A DNA stretch of 62,834 nt, the filler included, from Kipferlia bialata (taxonomy: Eukaryota), in NCBI GenBank assembly GCA_003568945.1. It is 6 parts of 6 records of this genome, joined end to end, with 100 filler letters (N's around TTAATTAATTAA, not from the genome) between each part and the next. Parts side by side here need not be neighbours in the genome. Positions count along the whole stretch, not along the records: positions 1 to 10,397 come from BDIP01001435.1; positions 10,498 to 20,893 come from BDIP01001436.1; 4 more parts are not named here. One strand, written 5' to 3'. The notes under the pieces are model-generated. The model ran no database searches and was not told where the DNA came from. It saw only the letters and a list, made by a program, of their open reading frames with translations. Shown piece by piece: positions 1-10,598 of this stretch. The position numbers and the translations under genes were made by a program. The first letter of the stretch is position 1. Each line of letters starts with the position of its first letter.

Positions 1-1842
1 ACATCAGAGGCAGGGTCGCTGTTGACAGACACATCAACAGTGCCTAGGGGTGAGGATGGATATTCTACTACTATTAGTATATTCATGCACGTAGAGATGT
101 ATATCGGTGTCATAGACATCAGAGGCGGGAACGCTGTTAACGCTGACATCTACTGTGCCTGAGGTGTTAGTATAATTATCGGGTGTAGAGAGAGAGAGAG
201 AGAGACCTCTGTGTCATAGACATCAGAGGTAGGGTCACCATTTACACTGACATCTACTGTGCCTGATGCATAAGTAAACTAAAGGGAGTGGAGAGAGAGA
301 GACAGAGAGATACTCTGTGTCGTGTACATCAGAGACATGCTGTTGTCGACTGTGCCTAGGGATATGTATGTGTGTATGGAAGGTACAGTGTCTATGCATA
401 TTGGTGAAAATACCTGTAATGTTTAGATACCCTGCAGTGGGCATGAAGGACAGGAAGGGGTCGATGAAGTATAGTATTATATACCTATTATATCCTTATA
501 TATTATTGTATATATATATATATATACATATAATACCTGTTATGTTCAGATACCCAGCACTGGGCATGAAGGACAGGAAGGGATCGATATATATATACAT
601 ATATATACAGTTTTACTATACCATAGGTATGTATCTGCCTATGTACTATATGGTCTATATTAGTGCATGTACCTGTTATGTTTAAGTATCCTACACTGGG
701 CATGAAGGACAGGAAGGGGTCGATAGTTGTACAGTCTATCATATGCAAAAAGTGATACAATAGCAACAGTATACATATACTACAACAATAATGCAGTACC
801 TGTAATGTTAAGGTACCCTGCACTGGGCATGAAGGACAGGAAAGGGTCGATGGAGAATAGCACTATATATACCTATTATACTAATGTATACCATGTATAT
901 ACCCATATTCAATATGGTATATACTAGTATGTACCTGTTATGTTAAGATACCCTGCACTGGGCATGAAGGACAGGAAGGGGTCGACAGAGGCAGAGAGCT
1001 CAAGGGACACAGAGCTGTCAGGGTACTGAGGGGTAAGAGGGGGGAGACACACACACACACACATACAAACACAGAGGGGAGAGAGAGAGAGAGAGAGATC
1101 AAAGGACACAGAACTATTGCGGTACCTAAGGATGAGAGGGGAGAACGTAAGAGAGATTCAAGCGCTAACTGAAAGACACTTCTGGGCTAACCAACTGAAG
1201 TGACGCAGCAACAGTATACATCCTCTAAATCTACAATTGTGACGTGACCATACACAATAGAACAATAAATATACCTGTGTGTATACTTCAGGGCAAAGTC
1301 CCCCAAGTACTGATGTTGTCAGGTACGAGTCATACATGGGATTGCCAACAGTCTCTGGGGAGATGGTGCCAGAGAGAGCGTCGTTGTAGTTAGCGGCACT
1401 ACACGTTAGTGGAATGGAGAAAGAGACAGAGAGAGAGAAAGAGACAGATAGACCGGAAGAAGGAGTTGGGAACAATCAGTGAAGGAACATCACATATACA
1501 CATATAATACCTGAACATTGTGTTGAACAGGTTGTTGGACATGATCAATTGGGTGTCTGCGTTGTTGACAATGTCAGGGAGGGGGGCAGAGGGCTTGGTC
1601 CTACACGATAAGCATATTACAATTGATTGATTGATTGATTGATTGATGGATTGGTTGATTGATTGATTATGTGTCTGCGTTGTTGACAATGTCAGGTAAG
1701 GGGGCAGAGGGCTTAGTTCTGTAGGGTAAGTATATGAATATATACATAGAGAGAGAGAGAGAGAGAGAGAGAAAGGATGTCTGCATCATTGACAATGTTT
1801 GGTAAGGGGGCAGAGGGCTTGGTCCTACACGATAAGCAAACA

Positions 1843-1876
<34 letters not shown>

Positions 1877-3382
1877 GACAATGTCAGGTGAGGGAGCAGA
1901 GGGCTTAGTTCTGTAGGTTAGTATATGAATACATATACGCATATATAATATATATAGAGAGAGAGAGAGGCACTGACAATGTCTGGTAGAAGAGCAGGGG
2001 GCTTGGGCCTCGTATAAGATGGAGGGAGAGAGAGAGAGAGAGTGAGAGATAGACAGAGGTATGGATATTGTAGGGCAAGGGGGCAGAGAGCTTGGTGCTA
2101 AAGAAGTATTCTATATAGGAGAGAGAGAGCCTGAGTATGCGTCCTCACCTTCCGTCCCAGTTGGGTCCCACACTGCTGGGGAACATGTATCCTGGTGTAA
2201 GGGCCACGAGAGAATACATCGCAGTAAAGAGAGGGAGAGATTAATAGTATACATATATGTATGTATATATACGCTATACCTGTGGACAGGATGCCGATGT
2301 AGCTGTCCTTGATGGTATATCCATATGTGGTATAAATACACCATATATATACTAAAACATTAATTATATACTATATACTATACATATACACACTATACCT
2401 GTGGACAGGATGCCGATGTAGCTGTCCATGATGGTGACACCAGGGGCAACAGGCCTGGGGTTATGAATGGAAAGGGAGGGAGAGCGAGATGGATGTGTCA
2501 GAAAGAGAAAGAGAGGGAGAGAGAGAGAGAGACAGATACCTCATGTCAAAGTCCACCCCAAATCCATCCTCAGAGTAGTTGGTTTCCTTCATCAGACCTG
2601 AAAGTGAGTTGTATGTACATGTACAGTATTCCAATTTACATAGTATTGGAAGATAGAGAGAGAGCCATACCATCGTTGATGCACTGGTACAGGGACTCCT
2701 CAATCATGTCGGACAGCTCATCAGCAAAGAGAGACTCCACTGATATAAGGGTCTAGAGAGAGAGAGAGTCCTCGATCATGAAAGACAGAATGTGACTACA
2801 CATATGGTAGTATATGTACAGAAACACTGAACACTATTGTATACAACACAACGTACTCAATGTGATGAATATGTTCAGCACTAGGTCATAGAGTGCAGAG
2901 ACATATATGCATATATGTATATATTAGTGTATATCTATATATATCTATATATGTCTACGTACTTAATGCGATGAATGTAATCTATAGTTGAGTATCGACG
3001 TACTGAGTGTGATGAAGGTGTTGAGCACCAGGTCATATAGTGCAGAGACATATATATATATACATATATATAATAATATATATCTATATATATCTACGTA
3101 CTGAGTGTGATGAATGTGTTTAACACCAGGTCATACAGGGCAGAGGCACCACCGTCAGGGTCACATGAAGATATATACTGGCATATACATTCAATATGAG
3201 TTATATATATTATAGTTGAGTGTATACGTACTCAAGGTAATAAAGGTGTTCAGCACTAAGTCATAGAGTGCAGAGGCACCCCCGTCCAGGTCAATCTCGA
3301 TCTTGCCAATGTCGCACTGGAAGTCCTCGAAAGTCATGACCATCTGGAGTTAGAAGATAGAAATAGTGAGACTATTAGTAAA

Positions 3383-3421
<39 letters not shown>

Positions 3422-3573
3422 CCAATGTCGCACTGGAAGTCCTCGAAGGTCATGACCATCTGATTAGTGAGACTATTTGGAAATTATGAGAGGGAGAGAG
3501 AGAGAATGCCAATGTCGCACTGGAAGTCCTCGAAAGTCATAACCATCTGAAACAGTGAGACTTTTGAGGGAGA

Positions 3574-3613
<40 letters not shown>

Positions 3614-4975
3614 CAGTGTCACACTGGAAGTCCTCGAAGGTCATGACTATCTAGACCCAGCCTTACATGTATTATATATTTACGCGAAAGAGTGTACCTT
3701 CCCACAGTCCTGGGGCACATCGACACCAGCAAGCATATCATTAGGCGATATAGAACAAATACAGTGATACTCTATATACGCGAAATAGTGTAAGTACCTT
3801 TCCACAGTCCTGGGGCACATCGACACTGGCTAGCATACTGCCAGAGAGACCAGTGACAGAGGCTGTGCCAGTGCCTGTATTAGATATATATACTAAATAT
3901 ACTATATTTGTGTATATGTATACATATGTACTAAATATACTATTTGTGTATGTGTATGTATATATTTGTACATATACATATCAAGTGACAGAGGCAGTAC
4001 CCGTACCTAGAGGTAAGGTGTATATGTATACAGTCAGGTCTATATGTGAATATATTTGCACCACATACCGTGAACCTTGATGAATGGGTAACTAATACTC
4101 ACCTGCCACACTATGAGTATTGCACATAGTATACATACTCTCAAGTATATACTATTACACATACCGTGATCCTTGATGAATGGGAACCCAATCTCCTCGT
4201 ATCTCCAGTCAAAGGTCAGCTGGAGATCGGAGTCTCCACTAGAGTGAGATATACATAAAGGGAGTGAGACAGAGAGAGAGGGTATCTCCAGTCGAAGGTC
4301 AGCTGGAGATCGGAGTCCCCACTGCCATTAGCTGATAAACCTCTTGGATCAGTGAAGAGATGATGTGAAACAAGAGAAATATTGGAATTGAGAATCACTC
4401 GAGACACAACGAGAGAGAGAGAGAGAGAGATCCGACGTACTCAATGAGTGACAGTATGTCCTGACAATATACTTTGCATACATAACACACATGCATAAAA
4501 TATTAGTGTGTATACAGATACAATATACATATACGTACATTATGAGTGACAGTATGTCCTTCTCAGGCTCAGTACTTGCCATGTATAATACGCACATGCA
4601 TAAATACTCAATTGTATACAGTATACATACATATAATATATACACATATGTATATATAATTATAGAGAGAGAGAGACGTACAGGATGAGTGAGAGCATGT
4701 CCTTGCCTGGCTCAGTGCTGGCAATGAGGCCATCCATCTGGGAGTAAGATACTACTAGATACATCATTATATATAACAGACAGACATACGGGGAGAGAGA
4801 GAGAGAGGTTGGCAGGTTAAGGTATGTAGTGCATATATGAGATAGCTCTGTGATGGCCATGTCTGTGACGCAGCTCTCTCTCTCTCTCTCTCTCTCTCCA
4901 TATATATATACATATACATACATACCTGTAGCTCTGTGATTGCCATGTCTGTGATGTACAGATCGACCTCAGTGA
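1..4975 (-). CDS. LBP/BPI/CETP-family lipid-binding protein, multi-exon, partial at both ends
   Basis: Hand-spliced GT-AG exons 4975-4926, 4737-4682, 4238-4165, 3874-3798, 3343-3232, 2739-2671, 2597-2540, 2454-2399, 2191-2149, 1600-1511, 1398-1275, 1025-935 and probably 43-1 join in frame. Translation includes TEVDLYITDMAITELQ, LQLTFDWRYEEIGFPFIKDHG, FQCDIGKIEIDLDGGASALYDLVLNTF and YLTTSVLGGLCPEVYTQYPDSSVSLEL, resembling BPI N- and C-domain motifs (recognised from memory, not searched). Confidence 0.75.
414..851 (-). repeat. Four intronic donor-side copies of the 3' half of BPI exon 1025-935
   Basis: 52-nt copies at 414-465, 537-588, 673-724 and 800-851, each followed by GTA and separated by dissimilar TA-rich spacers. 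Type example of the exon echoes seen in contigs 1, 3, 4, 5 and 6. Confidence 0.95.
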
Positions 4976-5136
4976 CTGGTGGGTAAGAGAGAGAGAGAGA
5001 CAGACACAGAGGGGAGAAAGTGCGAAAAGGGGACACACAGAGAGAGAGAGATAGAGATACAGAGAAGATTGTCAGTCTCAGCAGCCTCAGGCTTTGCACA
5101 AGTCATCAGCTGAGAGAAAGAATAATCGGGTAGGAA

Positions 5137-5167
<31 letters not shown>

Positions 5168-5262
5168 AGGGGGGGGGGGGGGGGCTCACCTGTTTCCAGG
5201 TTGGAGGACGCCCATATGGACACCACTATGAGACCAGAGGCCTGGATGTCAGCGGTATTCCA

Positions 5263-5302
<40 letters not shown>

Positions 5303-5915
5303 ATGCTGCGACAGACCTATGCAGTAATCTCCCTATGCATGCAATCCAACAATACCCAGCACCCAGTAACACCTCCTACACAAACGACAGCACGAAGGGC
5401 ATATCTAGACACCTACACACTCTCCCCCACACATACCTCCAGTGTGACGCCAGACTCATCCAGCAGAGAGGCAAAGGGATCCATGCCTCGGCACACAGCA
5501 CGCACAAGGTGTCACTTAGTGCACTAGAGGTTGGGTTGGTTGATACAGAGTGCTACCAAGTGCCTAGAGAGGTGAGATGCGAGGACACATAGCTGACACT
5601 GAAAGAGGTCATTACCCGGCTCAATCGAGTCTCAGAATTTCCGGTTGTCCTCCGACTTCTATCCGACTATTCTCTTCCGTCGTTCTGATGTCGCTTTGGT
5701 CTGCTATAGGGAACTCTGTGCAACAAACATGGGTGTTCGGGGCATCTCACATGTGTTGGGAGTCTAGGGTCACAACCTATAGTTTACCGCAGCTGGTCCC
5801 ACCTCTACAGTAAATGATCAACTGTATACCCATGCTGCCACCTTTGGACTACATTCCCCTCTTCACCCACTGTCTCGAAACGACACTGACTTGTGATAAG
5901 ACATTCTAGTTTGTA

Positions 5916-8900
5916 ATGCCGCTGCACCCCTTCACCCTGTGTGTGTGCGATATGGGTGGGACCACCCTGCTAGAGTGCAGGGTGCCCGAGGAGTATGGAC
6001 CCTCTACACCCCTATCCTGCATCATGGGTGTACTGGAGGAGATGGAGAGAGAGAAGGGTGAGGCCGGGTCAGAGAGTGAGGAGAGTACTACATCGGATAG
6101 CGAGGATACACAAGGTATTTGGTCAGTGTTACCTCTACCCGTAGCTCTCCTACCCATGTCTCTCTCACTGTAGAGCAAGAGATGGCTTCTGTCCCCCCTC
6201 TCTCCATGCGTCTACAGCTTGTGTCCCCTGATACCCTCCACCCCATCCACCCATGCACACCCCTGGTCATGATACAAAGGGTCATGGGGGAAACAGTAGG
6301 GTCCTACAACGTCATAGCTCAGTGGTACGTACTCATATAATACATATAATGTATTTGTCTGATGTATATAGTATATATAGTATATACCGATTATACGTAG
6401 ATCATTGACCTATCGAACTAGTATCTAACAGTCAGGGTGTCTGACCCCCGTACTGATGAGGAAAGAGCGCAGGAGGAGCGTATTGCCCAGGGATGCTGCC
6501 TCTCCCCCTCTCCCCCCCCACCTGTCCCTGTTCTCTCCCTGGCCGGTGTCTCCTTAGACCCCTATGCTGTGATAGCTGATATGTCATATGGCCATGTCAT
6601 CAACACACTCACTACTGGTCATGATAGACTGGTCACTTGTGTCAAGGACAAGGTATGCGCCGCCACGTGATCCGTCTAGAGTTGGAACGTGATTAATTGT
6701 TACTGATTGTGTCCAACATTGAATCAATGTTACATTGATGGGAGCTGTGTGTGTTTGGTCGTGTGATACTCCTCTCACCCAGTTCATGCAGTTCACACCC
6801 CTCTCAGATGTCCCCGCCTTCCCTCACATGGTCTGTACCCAACAGGGGGAGTTCCATCTTGTCGCCACCTCAGGCAACACCCTTGTGGTGTATGGCATTC
6901 GACCAGACACCTCTGCAGAGAGTGATACAGAGGGTGGACACCTGCGATGGACAGAGGTCTCTGTGTCTGTTAGCGCTGATGCCATTGCTGTTCTGGCAGG
7001 GTGTGACAGTGCAGTGCTGGGTCATGACGCTGATGGATCGGTCATAGCAGGTGGAGTGGAGAGTGGGCGACTGCACCACCTACTGCGCCTCAGCATAGAC
7101 CATGAGCATGTACCCAGGCTCGACACCGTATGCCAACTGGATAGTGCTCTCACTGTTGGTGACACCCACCCGCTAACCCTCACTAGCTGTGTTGACACTG
7201 TTGTGGTCAGCACCAGTGGCCAGCACCACTACATCTGTGTAGAGACAGGAACTGTGACCCGGTCTGTGGTGCAGTATCCACAGATAGCCTCACCTTGTGG
7301 CCCTCTGTACATGGATCCTGACACACATGGTCTCTGTGTGGCTGTCTATGACTCGACTTGCGTGTCCCTGGGTATCAGTGTCCCTACTGGAACCCTTACA
7401 GGTAGTTGTGCTATCCATGGCCACTACCTCTACCACACCATGGACTCTGGAGCTCTCAGGAGTATAGACATGCGAGACCTGAGGTACATACCCCAGCTGA
7501 TAGGGGTCCCCAAGGAGAGCCGGTCTCAGGCGTCTGTCCCCACTATACCAGACACAGTGGATACGGCAAGTGCTCCCCTTCCCCCTTCTCTCCTTGTGGG
7601 AACTGGGGGGCGTGTCCTTGCCATCACACTTAGCACTACTCTTGATATAGTGTCAGTTGCAGAGTGGAGTCCAGACGATGCCAAGTGGGGAGTGACACTC
7701 GCACCTACGAAAGGTGCAGGGTACATCGGGTCTTCACTCATACCACTGCTTGAGCCGTCTGCAGTGTGTATAGAGGAGAACGTCTACACTTGCTACAACA
7801 ACCAGTTGCTGCATGCGGATATTGGCACCTTGAAAGCGTCTCGCATCCCATATGTTCTCTCGGGACCTGTGCTAGCCCACCCAGACGGGTCAAGCCTTGT
7901 GTTGCAGACACCAACCGGAGACAGACTGTATAGAGTCCTACCCTCCGATAGTCTGGGTGAGGTGGGGATGGTGAACACAGAGGGTGGACAGGCAGTGGGG
8001 GAGTGTGTAGGGCACACAGTGGTGAATGGTCTGGTGCCTGCCAATGGTGGTTGCTACGAGGTACAGAATGGGGTGTGGATGCCAGTAGTGACAGCCGCAA
8101 AAGGAGAAGAGGGCGCACACGGAGCATCACCTCTCACCACTGTCACATCCACCGACCACCTCTACGAGCTCCTGAGATCAGGCCATGCACAGGATGTGAG
8201 TCTGGGGTACATAAGCGTAGGACCAGCCCTTGAGAACAGGTGCCTTGTGCACTGGGTGGTAGAGGGGACAACAATCCCCTCAATGCGTGGGTTGATGGCC
8301 AAGCACTGCACCTTTACTAAGTGCAACATGGGTGGGTGTGACCTCAGTGGAGGTACACTCCAGAGGTGCACATTCACTGAGTGTCAGATGGAGAGATGCC
8401 ATGTGCTTGGGGCCACATTCATTGACTGTGTACTCAAGGACTGTACACTGGCAGAGACAGACATCCATTCTGCAAGTCTAGTTAACGTGTCATTCGGAGG
8501 ACCCAACCTCAGGATGATTGCGGTGGAGACCGAAGATGTCACTGGCCTTGACCTCACACACCAAGACTTCACCGGTAGCACTCTCTGTGGATGTGATCTC
8601 AGCACTGCCGCAGGTGTTACTGATAGGCTTCTTCATACAGCCAAGAGCTGTGCTGGAGTCATCTTGGAGGCTATGGACATCTCTGGTTGGGACCTCTCCG
8701 ATCTCGACCTCTCTCATGCATGTCTGGCAGAGGTACAGGGGTTGACAGGAGACATGCTCCATGCCACTCAGAGTGTGGAGGGTATATACCTTCAGCGGGT
8801 ACCACTTGATGGAGTGTCCTTCCTCGACCTCAACCTCAGAGGTGCCAATCTCTCCCACACAATGGGTCTGACAGATAGACATCTGAGGGAGGCGGCATGT

Positions 8901-9779
8901 GTGGAGTCTCTCACCCTGGCTGGTGTGTCACTTGTGGGTGCTGACCTTTCCGGACTGTGTCTCAAAGGATCAGTTCTACCCGGGTGCGACCTCACCGGTG
9001 CCTCTCTTAGGGGAACAGATCTCAGCCATGCCACTGGAGTCACTGTACAACGCCTATCGAAGGCCTCATGTATCAAGCGCATATCCTTGAAGGGAGTAGA
9101 CCTCTCGAAATTCGACCTGTCTCGAGTCGACCTGTCCGGTGCAGATCTCAGAGGGTGCAAGCTGCTCGGGACTAGGCTGAGTGGTCGATACATTGCGAGT
9201 CTCTGCTTGGATACAAACATGGAAGGCTTTGACACTGTATACCCAAGACGTTCCCATATGATAGGTGCATACATCGGTGACCAGGATCCAGACGTTCAGC
9301 TGAGGCGCTGCAGAGAGTATGTAGAGAGTAGGCGAAAGGCAGGACTAGAGTTTGAGTCACTAAGATATCTCGCTATTCCTCGGGTTACAAACCCTGCTTT
9401 CTGGAGAAGCCTGCTTCATATTCCACCTGTGTGTTTCAGGGAGACCATGACAGTAACAGTGGTCTTCAAAAGTCAGCCAGTAGACCTATCTCGTGGGCGC
9501 TTGTATGAGAAGCCCCGGGTTGCTATACATTTGGATGACCTAGCATTCTTCAGCAGAGACACATCATTGACACTTGAGTTCAAACGGGAGGGTGACATTC
9601 TGAGGATATCATGTACATATGGAGGGGCGACACTTTGTCAGGGTGAGACAAAGAATCCAAGGAAGGTTCTCATGTATGAGAGCCACAACTGGGCAGTTCT
9701 CCCTATCGTTGTCATTTGGAGTCAGGTGGAAGGACGGAAGACAGTTGAGATAACCAATAAGTATGAGAGACCAGAGTAA
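5916..9779 (+). CDS. Large pentapeptide-repeat protein (about 1187 aa) with a beta-rich N-terminal region
   Basis: Exons 5916-6114, 6174-6324, 6436-6652 and 6783-9779 join in frame (3564 nt). The last exon is in the frame of the 1014-aa ORF and carries long A(D/N)LxG-type pentapeptide runs (e.g. LVGADLSGLCLKGSVLPGCDLTGASLRGTDLS). Confidence 0.8.
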
Positions 9780-10397
9780 CAGAGACAAATGTCGGTGCGA
9801 AATACTTCATGTTATACTGTCTTTTGGGGTTAAGACTCTTAACTCAAAAGGGGTACTTTTGATTCAGCGTTTGGGGTCCAGTTTCACCCAAAGAGGGAAT
9901 GAATAGATGCAACCCACTACCTTTGCACTGTATACGAAGCAAGCTCCAGAGCAGTCTCTTGCTAGGAGGGCATCTGAACCCATTATTGCTGGACCAACAT
10001 CATGACTCTCTCTCCCTCTTCACACCTCCTGCCTCACATTCCCTCCATGGACTTCGCCCTGAGTCCGTACTGGACGAACAGCTTCGACTGGTGTCCGTCG
10101 AACTCTAGTGCCGTGTGGGGGTCTCTCCAGGTTGCTATACACACCACTCCCACCTCTGGGACGGTGTGCCGTGAATCTACAGCGTGTTTGTCTTAGTGGC
10201 GTAGACTCTACGGTAGAGACCCAAACTTCTTGCCCCTTCATCTCGCTCATACTTAGGATTTCTGGACCCTTTCTTCATCGAGACGCTCGTAAGTATGATA
10301 GGCCCGTCATACTTAGGACCTCTGACACAAAATACCTACCCTCTAAGTATGATAGAGGAGGGTGTGAATATACTTAGGATTCTGACACTAAAAAACT

Positions 10398-10497
10398 NNN
10401 NNNNNNNNNNNNNNNNNNNNNNNNNNNNNNNNNNNNNNNNNTTAATTAATTAANNNNNNNNNNNNNNNNNNNNNNNNNNNNNNNNNNNNNNNNNNNN
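10398..10497. other. Artificial contig linker (N44-TTAATTAATTAA-N44)
   Basis: Identical 100-nt six-frame-stop spacer recurs at 20894-20993, 31386-31485, 41875-41974 and 52360-52459. Contig lengths decrease monotonically. Confidence 0.97.
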
Positions 10498-10598
10498 TGA
10501 CCTGACCAGACTAGGAGCCATATACGCAACGTAACGATGTCACAGCCATCACTAGATGCAGGTACATCCCCGTGGTGTCTCAATAGTGACACATTCTC

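Noticed and set aside
414..1025. CRISPR-like array (about 52-nt repeats with unique spacers at about 130-bp period)
   Set aside because: The repeats are copies of a coding exon end with GT donors, the spacers are TA microsatellite-rich intron, the context is eukaryotic and no cas genes are present.
2851..3660. Mutually exclusive (Dscam-type) alternative exon clusters
   Set aside because: Each copy has only a donor or only an acceptor and covers only part of the exon. Only one copy per cluster has both sites.
5078..5530. Small minus-strand gene upstream of BPI (MDPFASLLDESGVTLE.../...WASSNLETADDLCKA*)
   Set aside because: Splice-like sites exist, but I could not build one consistent in-frame model across the GA and poly-G tracts, so it is not listed as a feature.
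9821..9850. Rho-independent terminator-like hairpin after the pentapeptide gene
   Set aside because: Eukaryotic locus, 1-nt loop and no U-tract. Kept only as an example of a palindrome.
10442..10453. TTAATTAATTAA as a biological motif (piggyBac TTAA site or PacI-like palindrome)
   Set aside because: Always centred in an identical 100-nt N spacer, so it is a concatenation linker. Gene adjacency across these linkers is meaningless.
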